This document shows positions 37,965-48,050 of a stretch of 64,000 bases of DNA, in pieces. The stretch's first letter is position 1. The number at the start of each line of letters is the position of its first letter. A program made the position numbers and the translations under genes. The notes beneath the pieces were generated by a model that was not told the DNA's origin, did not search any database, and was given only the letters and a program-made list of their open reading frames with translations. Source of the stretch: a virus (Duplodnaviria > Caudoviricetes); the IMG/VR virus record IMGVR_UViG_3300006851_000007, positions 60,781 through 124,780 of that record; one strand, 5' to 3'.

Positions 37965-38655
37965 TGAAGATCTAATAAAAAGGTGGAAAAAACAGAGAGA
38001 TTATTCCGCATATACTGAACTAAAAAACAGAAACAGGGGCATGGTTTTTCAGTACGTGAATCGGTATAAAGCCGCATCCGTACCCCAATCAGCCCTTGAG
38101 GCTGAGGCATGGAAGCTTTTTGACGATGCTGTTAACGACTTTAGCCCCACCGCAGGGGCCAAGTTTTCCACATACCTATCTTACCAATTAAGAAAGCTTG
38201 ATAGGTATACGAAAAAGTACCAAAATATAGCCAGAATCCCCGAAGCTCTAGCCGGCCAAATCGGAGACTATGATAGGGCGTATAACCAGTATGTGAGCAA
38301 GCATAAAAAAGCGCCAACCCACAAACAAATGTCTAAATTGACGGGCATGCCTATCTCTCACGTGAAGAGACTTCACACAAGCAGGAGGCAGGATCTTTTT
38401 GAGGGCATGTATGAGGGGAATATTCAGGAGCGCCTCGACCTTGAAGAGTCTACAAAATGGCTTCTGGTCGAGCTTAGAGATGAGCTCACCCCGCAGGAGC
38501 GCCAGGTATACGACTATCTCATAGGGCACAACAAGCCACAGATTACAAGCAAGAAAGAGCTGTCTCAGAGGTTGAAAATGTCTCCTGGGAGGGTGAGTCA
38601 AATAACTAGAAATATAGCTATAAAGCTAAAACCCCATCTGCAAAAACGTCTCTAA
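37951..38655 (+). CDS. phage sigma-70-family sigma factor (FliA/SigF-like size)
   Basis: region 2 (AVNDFSPTAGAKFSTYL), RIPE, region 4 HTH (ELSQRLKMSPGRVSQI); AGGAGG RBS + GTG. Confidence 0.88.
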   Translation: MRQSDEDLIKRWKKQRDYSAYTELKNRNRGMVFQYVNRYKAASVPQSALEAEAWKLFDDAVNDFSPTAGAKFSTYLSYQLRKLDRYTKKYQNIARIPEALAGQIGDYDRAYNQYVSKHKKAPTHKQMSKLTGMPISHVKRLHTSRRQDLFEGMYEGNIQERLDLEESTKWLLVELRDELTPQERQVYDYLIGHNKPQITSKKELSQRLKMSPGRVSQITRNIAIKLKPHLQKRL

Positions 38656-38681
38656 ATGTTGCATCTCTTTAAGGTGATAAT
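38651..38681 (+). promoter_or_regulatory. TCTAAA-N19-GATAAT promoter-like motif
   Basis: near match to the recurring motif; no plus-strand ORF follows. Confidence 0.45.
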
Positions 38682-38713
38682 GTATATAGAACAAGCCTAG
38701 CCAGGCTCTCATT

Positions 38714-38932
38714 TTACAAGCCTACCCTGTCCTTCAAAAAGTCCATAAACTTTTCAGGCTTACCATCCTTTTTTAGTGTGAATATATTTTTAGGTGACAC
38801 CAGCACCGCCTCGTACACCTCATCTTCAATCTGTACGAAGAAGTTTCCCTCGAACTGGATAACCGACATATTTATTCCCGCTGGACTATCCGTGATGTTA
38901 TCTGTCATTTTATACACCCTGTAAACCAACAA
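38714..38932 (-). CDS. small hypothetical protein
   Basis: ORF between sigma gene and terminator; start probably internal MTDNI. Confidence 0.45.
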   Translation of the reverse strand: MLVYRVYKMTDNITDSPAGINMSVIQFEGNFFVQIEDEVYEAVLVSPKNIFTLKKDGKPEKFMDFLKDRVGL

Positions 38933-38967
38933 TAAGATAATTATACAGGCGTGGCCCTATCTAGGTA

Positions 38968-39001
38968 AAAAAAAGACCTCACTCAGTGGGGTCTTTTTTT
39001 T
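38968..39001. terminator. bidirectional intrinsic terminator
   Basis: A-run, AGACCTCAC-TCA-GTGGGGTCT, T-run. Confidence 0.8.
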
Positions 39002-39002
39002 A

Positions 39003-39551
39003 TTAGGAGGCTAGCTTCGCCAGCTTCCTCCTTGTCCTGCTTAAGGCGAGCCGGACAAACACCCCTCCGCCCAACTCGTCTCCCCACACCCCTATAAACT
39101 CTTCGAGTTCCCCCCTCTCGAAGAGTTTTACTTTCCCCCCGCCCTGACCAACAACCTCGTCAGGGTGGGAGGAGTAGCTAGCGAGCGCTGCGCTCGCCAT
39201 TTTAAAGTCCTCTTCAGTGGCCTCGCCAGCCACCGAGAGGACTCTCAAGGCCTCAATGGAGGCTGCCGCCTCTCTCTCAAAGGCCCTCCGTTTACCCACG
39301 TAGGGCCACTTTGTGTGGCCCAGCTCTTCATGCGCCTTCTCGTGAAGGCGCACGAACTTGGAAGCATCCTTCCCCAGCAGGATGCGACCCCCCCCAATAG
39401 CCATTCCGCCCCGGCCTTTACCAAGACGGATTTCTCCACCCTCCTGGGGGAGGGTGAAGAGAGATTCAACTTCCTTGGGGGACATCAATATCCCCCTGCT
39501 TGCCACATTGGTGGCAAGCAGAAACAATGATAAATTGTATAAATTCACCAC
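39003..39551 (-). CDS. HExxH zinc metallopeptidase-like protein
   Basis: LHEKAHEELGH...FEREAAA; AAGGAGG RBS; own promoter and terminator. Confidence 0.65.
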   Translation of the reverse strand: MVNLYNLSLFLLATNVASRGILMSPKEVESLFTLPQEGGEIRLGKGRGGMAIGGGRILLGKDASKFVRLHEKAHEELGHTKWPYVGKRRAFEREAAASIEALRVLSVAGEATEEDFKMASAALASYSSHPDEVVGQGGGKVKLFERGELEEFIGVWGDELGGGVFVRLALSRTRRKLAKLAS

Positions 39552-39576
39552 AACCTCCTTTACTTAGTCTACTTAT

Positions 39577-39607
39577 ATTATCACCCGAAGGAGGTATCAT
39601 ATTTAGC
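39577..39607 (-). promoter_or_regulatory. GCTAAA-N19-GATAAT promoter
   Basis: motif match upstream of the HExxH gene. Confidence 0.7.
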
Positions 39608-39996
39608 TACAATATAGATGACAGGTCGTCAGCAACCTTTTTGACCAGGAAGGTTGAGTTCGGTCCCGGCTTAACGTCAGTTTTGTCAACCAGGATATAT
39701 CCACCGTTTTCCAGGCCAACCAGCACTCCGGCATCGACCTGACATCTTCTAAGAAAAGAGCTCTGCTGCGCAGAAACTTCGTGATTTAACCGTATAGCAC
39801 CATCCTTAATGCCACCCTTGTGGAACTTGAGTTCAATCCACATAGCCCTCCCATCTTTTGCGCAAAATATGTCAGGAACCCCCTGATGGATGGTGTCAAA
39901 AGGAATGTATACAAAGAATCCAAGATTCTCTAGCTCCTTTTTTACCTTATCCTGAAAATCCCTCTCGTTCACGATACGCCTCCCTAGCGTTCTCAA
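39607..39996 (-). CDS. VRR-NUC / Holliday junction resolvase-like PD-(D/E)XK nuclease
   Basis: ERDFQ..GVPDIF..WIELK..SAQQ. Confidence 0.8.
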   Translation of the reverse strand: MRTLGRRIVNERDFQDKVKKELENLGFFVYIPFDTIHQGVPDIFCAKDGRAMWIELKFHKGGIKDGAIRLNHEVSAQQSSFLRRCQVDAGVLVGLENGGYILVDKTDVKPGPNSTFLVKKVADDLSSIL

Positions 39997-40453
39997 ACCT
40001 TATTAAATACTCTAGCGCTCCAGGGGTGCTATCGGCCTCCACAGCCTCGTAGATATTCATACCCATGGTCATGTTAGAGATAACCCTCTTCAGGCCCGCA
40101 GGGCCCATCTTGTGCAACAAGGCAGCCATAACGGGGTCCCACTCGTGTACGCTTTCATACCTCTGCATATACCACCTGAAGATTCTGATACTCATAATAC
40201 CATCACCGACCAGAGCTCTTGCTGGCATAAAGTCCCTTCCAGCGAAATCTAGCGCGTCCTGCATGTAGGCATCGCTTATTTGAAGGAGTCCGAAATAGGT
40301 ATCACCCCTTACGGCATTCGGGTTCCCGGTACTCTCTATAAAAATAAGAGCCAGAACATCTTCACGCTCCAGCTCTTCTACAGTCTCGACATACGGTGAC
40401 CAGGCAAGAACACTGCCTGTCACGATAGACATAATTAAATTAACGATTTCCAA
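39947..40453 (-). CDS. lytic transglycosylase (SLT domain), possibly signal-anchored endolysin
   Basis: LIFIESTGNPNAV..FGLLQI; hydrophobic N-terminus. Confidence 0.85.
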   Translation of the reverse strand: MEIVNLIMSIVTGSVLAWSPYVETVEELEREDVLALIFIESTGNPNAVRGDTYFGLLQISDAYMQDALDFAGRDFMPARALVGDGIMSIRIFRWYMQRYESVHEWDPVMAALLHKMGPAGLKRVISNMTMGMNIYEAVEADSTPGALEYLIRFENAREAYREREGFSG

Positions 40454-40848
40454 CCCCTTTTTATTACCGTCACGGCCTCAGCAATATCTCCGCACTCATA
40501 ACACTCCAGGCTCAATTCACCCATGTACTCTACAAAATCGTGATAGCCGCCCTCTTCACATTTATTGCATTGACCGTTGAAGTTATAATGCATACACTTA
40601 AAGTCTGCTGGAGTCTCATCTCTGCCTATAGACCCCTCATTAGCGCTAAATAAAAACCACCCGGTGTCGTTTTTACCAAAAAACTCTTTATAATCCAGCT
40701 CAGATATGATTTTCACAAAATCTTCGCTCGTGAAATCTGGGTCATATTTATGTTTCATTGCATAAATCATTTTGCAACAAGACCATAGATTATTATACCA
40801 ACAAGAGCAGACCCGGTAATCCCAAATCCTACCTGCCAGAAAACACAA
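40435..40848 (-). CDS. Cys-rich hypothetical protein
   Basis: CNKC / CYEC; start probably internal MIYAM. Confidence 0.45.
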   Translation of the reverse strand: MCFLAGRIWDYRVCSCWYNNLWSCCKMIYAMKHKYDPDFTSEDFVKIISELDYKEFFGKNDTGWFLFSANEGSIGRDETPADFKCMHYNFNGQCNKCEEGGYHDFVEYMGELSLECYECGDIAEAVTVIKRGWKSLI

Positions 40849-41066
40849 CCATCATCCCGCCTTAGAGATTCCATTTCGATCTCCATCATCTGGATGGTGT
40901 TCTCCTGCATTTTGATGTGTTGTACATATACATCATTCTCGGCCTCCACCTTCTCTACATATGCCACCAGGTTTGACATCTCATCGTGAGGAATAAAAAA
41001 CCCTCCGTCAACCTCAACAATACCCCCACCTAAACTCATGAGAAGGAAAAGCAGAATGGGGTTCAT
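40767..41066 (-). CDS. membrane protein, spanin-like architecture
   Basis: N-terminal hydrophobic signal, coiled coil, C-terminal TM; in lysis cluster. Confidence 0.45.
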   Translation of the reverse strand: MNPILLFLLMSLGGGIVEVDGGFFIPHDEMSNLVAYVEKVEAENDVYVQHIKMQENTIQMMEIEMESLRRDDGCVFWQVGFGITGSALVGIIIYGLVAK

Positions 41067-41344
41067 TTTCTCGCCCTATCGAACATACTTTTTACTCTAT
41101 CTATGTCAACCCCCTCCTTCCTATCCGCCTCGAACTTATCCTGAATGCCGTCCAGCTTAGCCCTAAGGGTCTCGCCACTCCTTACGGTAGAAGTCTGAGG
41201 AGTGCTGGGCGCTATAAAATTTATTCCAACCAGCGATAATATGAAAGCTAATATTGGCATAAGGATATACGGCCACGGTATAGAGGTTGCCGACAAAACT
41301 ACCGCAGACAATACGATCAATATATTCAGTATTAATCGCACCAT
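41063..41344 (-). CDS. small membrane protein (2 TM), lysis cluster
   Basis: two N-terminal hydrophobic helices, charged tail. Confidence 0.5.
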   Translation of the reverse strand: MVRLILNILIVLSAVVLSATSIPWPYILMPILAFILSLVGINFIAPSTPQTSTVRSGETLRAKLDGIQDKFEADRKEGVDIDRVKSMFDRARK

Positions 41345-41345
41345 A

Positions 41346-41630
41346 TTACTTTGCTCTATTTTTCACGAAAGTTTCAAACAACTCATAGGATGTTGCCGAC
41401 ATCGTACCGCTTAAAAACCCAAGAGCGAAACCGCCAAGAGCATACACTGCTCCAGAATAGGCTATGATGGCAACGATGATCCCTATAGCAGCCCCAGCTA
41501 GCGGGGGGATGGCCGGCTTAAGTTTTGCGAATACATCATTATCGCCAAGATAAACCTTGGCAAGCTCCATAACAGCATTAAGAAATGCTGAGGTAATAAT
41601 AAATATAACAACCAATGTCGTAATGCTCAT
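41346..41630 (-). CDS. putative holin
   Basis: 94 aa, three TM segments, basic C-terminus; near the SLT gene. Confidence 0.6.
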   Translation of the reverse strand: MSITTLVVIFIITSAFLNAVMELAKVYLGDNDVFAKLKPAIPPLAGAAIGIIVAIIAYSGAVYALGGFALGFLSGTMSATSYELFETFVKNRAK

Positions 41631-42020
41631 TCAGTCTCCTTGTGCGACAGTTAATGTTCCGTCAGCTATTACCCAGGTTCTGCCATCTCTCTCACCTATT
41701 AATTGTAGATCAATGACACGATTTCTCAAACTTTTGATTATGTCTACCGGTATGATGACAGACACTCTGTACTGATATTCGTTTAATTTTGTCTCTTTAA
41801 ATACAACGTTATCTTGAGTGTTCTCAATCTCTATGCGTTCAAACTTTTGGTAAGATGATGGCATATATGGCCAATCCAGCTCCTCTAACGCAAGCCTGAA
41901 TTTGGTGTTATCAATAACGCTTTCTGGAAAATCAACATGAAGACTCACGTCCTCATTTGGTCTGACCCATATCGGAATCGTATCCCCAAGTTTAAACGAT
42001 CTGGGCTCCAGTCTAATCAT
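41631..42020 (-). CDS. BppU-like baseplate/fibre-associated protein
   Basis: C-terminal IDLQLIG..TWVIADGTLTV pattern. Confidence 0.45.
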   Translation of the reverse strand: MIRLEPRSFKLGDTIPIWVRPNEDVSLHVDFPESVIDNTKFRLALEELDWPYMPSSYQKFERIEIENTQDNVVFKETKLNEYQYRVSVIIPVDIIKSLRNRVIDLQLIGERDGRTWVIADGTLTVAQGD

Positions 42021-44350
42021 CTCAAGAGACTCCTATAACTACACACCAGTGATAGTTGACTTATTGTTAAATCGAGGGTGCCTAAAAAATCTCCACTACC
42101 AACGTCGAACTCCAAAATCAGCTGAAAAATTCCACCATTATCAAAAAATGGACCACCGGGCATCAGATTATCCATGTTGTCTACTATATCTTCGTTGAAA
42201 CTTTCACCCACCGTATAGAGGTGGCTATTATAGCCCTTGTGGATCACCATGTTCGTCCCCGGTTCCATGACTCTAAAATCCACCCCAACCGACCACTCGG
42301 TATCAGGAAGTTGTTGAGAGTCCGACTCAAGCTTGAATCCTACCATGAATTCTTGTACCCTGAATCCAGGCTTAACAGTTCCCTTGAAAAGAAACCTGTG
42401 TTTTCCAGTGATAGGTAGTTCTGTTTTTACAGATGCCCATAAATCCTCATCTGTAGGATCCCGCACAAGCTCAATAGGAAAATTGCCGCCGTCTGGAATT
42501 ACCTCTGCCGAAGTTACATCTATAGGTATAATAGCTTTGGTGTAGCTAGAGAGGGAGGGCTGCATACCCAGACTAGCCCTTCCCGCCACCGTCAGATTGG
42601 ATGTGTTTATACCCTGGCCTGTGGTATAAAATACTGGAAACAATACCGTTATGTACCTGCTTATCAGAAATGGAACTAACGGTTGGATCCCGCTTATAGC
42701 GTGTGCGAACCTCTTATTTATGGTTACATTTTCACCCAGATTCAAAAATGGAGCGTCTTTAATTGGGAAGCATCTACCTGGATCTATATCCTCTCCGGGA
42801 CCATCTGACAAAAACAACATCATCCCACCCTTTAAAGCCGTGAAGACTGAGTGGTCGTCGTCCTTGAAATATCCCGTAAGATCTTTTACAGCGTTTTCTA
42901 TTTGCTGTCCAAGATTTTGGATTATTATTTCATCTCCGTCATACTCTACATCATGATACATATCCCTCAGGAGAACCACCTCACCAGATGTGCTGTCTTT
43001 ATACGAGGCTATGGTCAAAGCATTAATAGATCTCTGAGAAAGTTTTTGAGACGCACTAGGACTATTAGTAACTTTTAAAATCCTCGCCTCACCATCGAAT
43101 ACGAACAAGGAGGGGATATTGGCCAGCCCCCCAGCTTCTTCATCTAAAAAATCTAATATCTCACTAGTCGTCCTCTCTATCTCGTATTCTAATACTGACT
43201 TGTTTAGTGCAAGCTGGCCTCCACCAAGTGTAGACTCTATTTCTACCGGTCCGGCATAAGCGTTTATTTTCCTACCATCCCCGTGGCCAGCATCGTGAGC
43301 AAGTCCGTTATATAGTGTGTCTAGTGTTGCCGACTTTAGCTTATCTATATTAGTGATAACCTCGTCGATATTTAATGATCCGCGATGAGGCTTAACCGTG
43401 CTGGTTCCATACGTTGGTGATTCTATCTTATGCGGGAACGGGACCCTGTCAGATATAATCGTATCACATAAAAAGCTGCCCATCCCATATAAATAGCAAT
43501 GCCTATTGTCTAAATCCCACCCTATATACCCTACGAGTATATAATCCTCAGGTATATCTGCGGATGGGTCAAATATAGAACCCAGCGCTTCTATGGCTAT
43601 CATTTCACATGAATATGTTCCTGTGATTTTTATAAATAAGAAGTGGGACCTGTCCGGATGGTCTACTTCTATGTTTATTACACTGCTTAAAGACGGATCG
43701 GGACCTACCAGGGTCTCCTCAGAGTTCGGTATGACCTCAACCAAATCTCCAGTAACATTTAGCGGATCAACAAAACCTGCGTCTAGAAGGTTATCAAAAA
43801 CATAGAATGTCAAATTCGATAGATATATATCTATAGATGTAGCGCTAGAGCTAACCATAATGTTGGCAGGATTTGCAAAACCCACCTTTCTATTTGTGGC
43901 TTTGGTGGTTCTATTTCTTATAATCACCTCTCCCAAATTTAAGTCGCCGACAATAATGTCGGCAAGTATTACAGACGATTCCTTTTCTTCGGGCGTTAGC
44001 TCTGGAGATACGAATTCTGGTATAAGTCCAGGATCTGCCGGAATGTTAATCGGCTCAAACCTGGTCCTGTATTCTGGAGGAAGATCACCACTCTTGTCAT
44101 ACTCAACCCATACAATATACCTGCCATTACTTTCGGTTAAGACCAACTCGTCTTGACGGACAGCATTCTCCTTGACAGGCACGCCACCAACAAGAAATTT
44201 TCCAGGACCAATAGTAATCTTGGTTGCGTCACTACCCTGAGTAACCTCCATGCCGGAAAGAACACTATTACTCATAAGTGTTTTTAGGATCTCGTTTTCT
44301 CTTTCAAAATCGAGAGGGCTGTATCTTTTAGACAAGATATCAAAAGACAT
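42017..44350 (-). CDS. putative tail fibre / baseplate-attached protein
   Basis: VLSGMEVTQGS..ITIGPGKFLVGG fibre-type N-terminus; downstream of wedge genes. Confidence 0.5.
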   Translation of the reverse strand: MSFDILSKRYSPLDFERENEILKTLMSNSVLSGMEVTQGSDATKITIGPGKFLVGGVPVKENAVRQDELVLTESNGRYIVWVEYDKSGDLPPEYRTRFEPINIPADPGLIPEFVSPELTPEEKESSVILADIIVGDLNLGEVIIRNRTTKATNRKVGFANPANIMVSSSATSIDIYLSNLTFYVFDNLLDAGFVDPLNVTGDLVEVIPNSEETLVGPDPSLSSVINIEVDHPDRSHFLFIKITGTYSCEMIAIEALGSIFDPSADIPEDYILVGYIGWDLDNRHCYLYGMGSFLCDTIISDRVPFPHKIESPTYGTSTVKPHRGSLNIDEVITNIDKLKSATLDTLYNGLAHDAGHGDGRKINAYAGPVEIESTLGGGQLALNKSVLEYEIERTTSEILDFLDEEAGGLANIPSLFVFDGEARILKVTNSPSASQKLSQRSINALTIASYKDSTSGEVVLLRDMYHDVEYDGDEIIIQNLGQQIENAVKDLTGYFKDDDHSVFTALKGGMMLFLSDGPGEDIDPGRCFPIKDAPFLNLGENVTINKRFAHAISGIQPLVPFLISRYITVLFPVFYTTGQGINTSNLTVAGRASLGMQPSLSSYTKAIIPIDVTSAEVIPDGGNFPIELVRDPTDEDLWASVKTELPITGKHRFLFKGTVKPGFRVQEFMVGFKLESDSQQLPDTEWSVGVDFRVMEPGTNMVIHKGYNSHLYTVGESFNEDIVDNMDNLMPGGPFFDNGGIFQLILEFDVGSGDFLGTLDLTISQLSLVCSYRSLLR

Positions 44351-44357
44351 AATTAAC

Positions 44358-45185
44358 CTACATAGTCATTGTAAATTCAAAGCGGTAGCTAAGCTCAATT
44401 CCGCTGGGATTAAGGTCACTTTGCAGAGGTATCCCTGAGTCGTCATCCACACCTCCGTAAATAACTCTATTTAGCAGAACTGAGTCTGTAAAAAGAAGGC
44501 CAGCCTCTTGCACAAGAACAACTGGCCCAAATTCATCCGGGGGAAACATATTACCCCTTATGAGTTTAGAGAAAACAACCTGAGTCCCGGCTGAGTCAAT
44601 GCGGTACCTTCCCCCGAATTCCAGGCCGCTAGGATTGTGAAGTTTTAACTCTACATCACTTACAATTTCCCTGATTGACAGTCTGGTTTCATCGGGATGG
44701 TCCAGGGTTACCTGATCTATAACCCTCACAGCTGAGAGATCCTCTTCACCATCACAGATAAAAGTACCGTCCGAAGAAAGTGTTGCAGTCCCATTGGCCC
44801 ACCCAGAGCTAAGACCGTGCGGAATGACAGCCATAGAGTCTGGATAAAAGATATCCTCATCAAAAAGATGAAATATCCCAAAAGGGGTACCATTTAGTTT
44901 CCTGATCTGATTAATCGACTCAAATGTGTTAGACAGGTGTGGCGGGTTCCCCGCCTTAGGCCCAACACCAAGTATCAGTCTGTCAATATATGCAGGCGTG
45001 CTATTCACCCTCTGCGCCCTGCCTCCCAGGAACTCAGCCTGTCTTTTTCGACCCAGATTTAACACAAGATTGTTTTTTGATACCCCTACGGGCGCATGCT
45101 CCACAAAACGTGCGGCCTCATCAGGAGGTATAGTGTTCCCATGCCTGTCTGTGCATATTGGTATAGCTTTAAAGTGCCCTATCAT
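44358..45185 (-). CDS. tail-collar/fibre attachment protein
   Basis: NNLVLNLGR..LILGVG..QEAGLLF..LLNRV motif set. Confidence 0.55.
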   Translation of the reverse strand: MIGHFKAIPICTDRHGNTIPPDEAARFVEHAPVGVSKNNLVLNLGRKRQAEFLGGRAQRVNSTPAYIDRLILGVGPKAGNPPHLSNTFESINQIRKLNGTPFGIFHLFDEDIFYPDSMAVIPHGLSSGWANGTATLSSDGTFICDGEEDLSAVRVIDQVTLDHPDETRLSIREIVSDVELKLHNPSGLEFGGRYRIDSAGTQVVFSKLIRGNMFPPDEFGPVVLVQEAGLLFTDSVLLNRVIYGGVDDDSGIPLQSDLNPSGIELSYRFEFTMTM

Positions 45186-45475
45186 CTTAACCCAATCCTT
45201 CCCTTTAAGAAGTTGTCACTTACAGGGACAGAAGCCTCAAAAACAACCCTGTCTTCAGAATCAATAACTTCAATTATAACACACTCATTGATATGATCCC
45301 ACCTGTCGTCATTAACAGCATCCTTTCTGAACATCATGAAATCAACATAAATTACACCATCTTCTATATAATAACCACCAATCTCTCCGCACGATAACCT
45401 CCACGGCTTAGGGTGATTGTAGAATAAATACTCTACCCTTTGGTCCAGTGCTGGATAGAATGTACGACTAATCAT
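45182..45475 (-). CDS. hypothetical protein
   Basis: 97-aa ORF with ATGA coupling. Confidence 0.45.
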   Translation of the reverse strand: MISRTFYPALDQRVEYLFYNHPKPWRLSCGEIGGYYIEDGVIYVDFMMFRKDAVNDDRWDHINECVIIEVIDSEDRVVFEASVPVSDNFLKGRIGLR

Positions 45476-45536
45476 ATCTATGCCACCTATATTGTGAAAG
45501 AATAATATGGCAGTTTACATTGATCTGTTTTTTTAG

Positions 45537-48050
45537 TCAATTGGATGGATATACAATATTCCCATTAATGATATACCACTCTGGCAAATCTTCTCCTGAA
45601 GGATCGAACTCAAGCACTCTACATATCTCTGTTGGTCTCGCACCACCGCTATCATTAAACCTTAAAGTCTTCTTGGTATATCCTTTGGATGCCTCCCTCG
45701 GTGATATTTCCCTGTCCAAATATACACCATCTCGACTCAGTATTGGTTCCGTGAGCCTGTCTTTAAAAACCTTCACCTTAAATTTGGCAAGACCTCCACC
45801 CAAAGCTTTACCCCCGTCAGTCATAAGCCCTTTGTTAAACATCCATGGCACCCCCGACTGTTTCTCTTCGTTTTTGACATTCATAACAACAGCTCCCCCG
45901 TCATCAAAAACCATATCTTCATAAACATTTACATGGCCGTACGACATAGTACTTGCCGACCATTGGTTCTCATTGTCCAGGTTGCGATCATCAGAATAAA
46001 ACTCTATCCGAAAATCATACCTCTTATCCTTGATTCTGCTGAGCAGATCGATAGCATTATCGATAGACTTGGTATTTACAGTTAGGCTGTCTGAAATTCT
46101 AACAAAGAATGTATTCCACATACTCCACGGGTCTGAAATACTCTTAATTTTTTCATAATCAGTAATAAAGTCATGAACTTCAACCATATCGACAAGAGGC
46201 TCCAGGAAATCAACAAACCTTCTGTTTCCAGGTATCATTTTGGTCAGAAATGACGATGATTTATACCTCACATTATTTATCGAGAAATAGTCATCACCAA
46301 CCTCAGTTAATACCCCCGATTCTGCCGCGTACGGCACCCCTAGTAGTATGGATACTGCCCTTTCAAGATTTCTTTTTGTCGGTTTTGATAAAAGTCCTGC
46401 CTGAACTCCCCTGATTACGTCTAAGTATTCTTCAGAGTCGCCCTCGCGTTGCAGCTTAAGCATTTTGCCAAATCTGTCATACAGGTTAAACTCGCCAGTT
46501 TTAGCCTCACTTATAAACACCTTGTCGGGCAGAGGGTGGGGAGAAGCGAGAATACCTACGTCAATCCATTCCACATCGGTAGAGAAAACCTGAATACTCT
46601 CCCCAATACTGCCTCCAGACACTATCTCATATCTATTTTCATCAATCAGTCTGCATACACAGTCTCCAATTATCGCGTATTCGGGCAAATACCCCAGCCA
46701 ATCCTCATCAGGGTCAACATGTATGTGTTTCCCATCCTGAATTATATTGGCCTCTACATCGAACACCCAGGGCTCTGTATGCAACTTTCCGGAGGTGATT
46801 ACAGGGTGGTCTACTTTATATAGATGGGTAAACGTTTCTCTGGCTATTATATTGACTGGTTCTGTTTGAATATCCCATATTACACCCTCATTTATGACCA
46901 TGTATTCAGGTTTTACTGAGACAGAGCCGACAGAATTGAAGATATCAAGGGTGTGTTTTCTTCTTCCAGGCGAAACAGAGAACGGTCTATCGAGAGCAAA
47001 AACCTCTCCATCAATGTCAATACTAGCCCTAATCCGACCCCTATCGAAGGTAATCGAAAATATAAGAACCTCGGGCGTAGAGTTAACCTCACCAATTACA
47101 TCCAGCTCTTTGAAAATTGATACGTTTGCATCCTCGTTATGTATAATCTCGCTGTCAGAGAAGGTAATTGTGGATGGAGCAACATCTTCAACCTCGTATA
47201 TCCCCTGATTGTAGTGACTTCCTATGAGTTCTACCTTATCCCCAACCCTTATCCCATCTCTGGTAAAACTGCCACCCCCTCTTGTAACTGTATTACTACC
47301 TCCGCTTATTACGACTGGTATAGTTGAGGTAGACACCCTCGTCCCAGTGAGCACTTTTGTAGTATTGTCCCTGCTTTGCAGCCTCACCTCAAACCCTGGA
47401 CCCGAATCCCCTATAGAGTTGAGTGATATGGATCTAAAATCTTCATCAACTACCCAGTCCACAAGCCTTACAACCCAGGTTTGGCTCCACCTGTAAGCCC
47501 CATCCATGTAAAATGAATCCGATAATATGGCCCACCCCATACCGTCAACACTAATTCCTGATGCGCTTATCTCGGTAAACCCCTGGTTTTTCCACCTCCC
47601 TTCATCCGAAAAGTCGGATGATGGTGATGCGATATCAGGGGCTTTCTCCATGAGGTAAAATCTGGATATCCCACCCTTATTAGAAACCCTCTCAAACGAC
47701 GCTGACATATATCTTATGTCTCTATTATTTATCCTGACATAACCCCCACTTAGGGGTGGTGGAGTTCTAGACCATGCAACGACCACGTGGCCTTGGCTGC
47801 ATATAAATATATGACCCTCAGGGTCCTCGATCATAGCTAAACTAGTCGGCACCCTCCCCCAATCTGAGTAAGGTTCAGCCTTAAAAATATTTTTTATATT
47901 TTTATATCCGTTTAGATACGAAACAGCATCAACGGCAAGGTCTCTCATTCCTTGCCATAGTAATTCTATAGACCTCTTCTCTTCATCCCTCGTGAAGTTC
48001 TCAAAGAAATCTCCTATAATATTCCAAAAAAGCTTGGCAGGAACTCTCAT
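45537..48050 (-). CDS. baseplate wedge protein (gpI/gp7-like)
   Basis: follows J-like gene; LYDRFGKML..PTKRNLERAVSILLGVP. Confidence 0.6.
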   Translation of the reverse strand: MRVPAKLFWNIIGDFFENFTRDEEKRSIELLWQGMRDLAVDAVSYLNGYKNIKNIFKAEPYSDWGRVPTSLAMIEDPEGHIFICSQGHVVVAWSRTPPPLSGGYVRINNRDIRYMSASFERVSNKGGISRFYLMEKAPDIASPSSDFSDEGRWKNQGFTEISASGISVDGMGWAILSDSFYMDGAYRWSQTWVVRLVDWVVDEDFRSISLNSIGDSGPGFEVRLQSRDNTTKVLTGTRVSTSTIPVVISGGSNTVTRGGGSFTRDGIRVGDKVELIGSHYNQGIYEVEDVAPSTITFSDSEIIHNEDANVSIFKELDVIGEVNSTPEVLIFSITFDRGRIRASIDIDGEVFALDRPFSVSPGRRKHTLDIFNSVGSVSVKPEYMVINEGVIWDIQTEPVNIIARETFTHLYKVDHPVITSGKLHTEPWVFDVEANIIQDGKHIHVDPDEDWLGYLPEYAIIGDCVCRLIDENRYEIVSGGSIGESIQVFSTDVEWIDVGILASPHPLPDKVFISEAKTGEFNLYDRFGKMLKLQREGDSEEYLDVIRGVQAGLLSKPTKRNLERAVSILLGVPYAAESGVLTEVGDDYFSINNVRYKSSSFLTKMIPGNRRFVDFLEPLVDMVEVHDFITDYEKIKSISDPWSMWNTFFVRISDSLTVNTKSIDNAIDLLSRIKDKRYDFRIEFYSDDRNLDNENQWSASTMSYGHVNVYEDMVFDDGGAVVMNVKNEEKQSGVPWMFNKGLMTDGGKALGGGLAKFKVKVFKDRLTEPILSRDGVYLDREISPREASKGYTKKTLRFNDSGGARPTEICRVLEFDPSGEDLPEWYIINGNIVYPSN

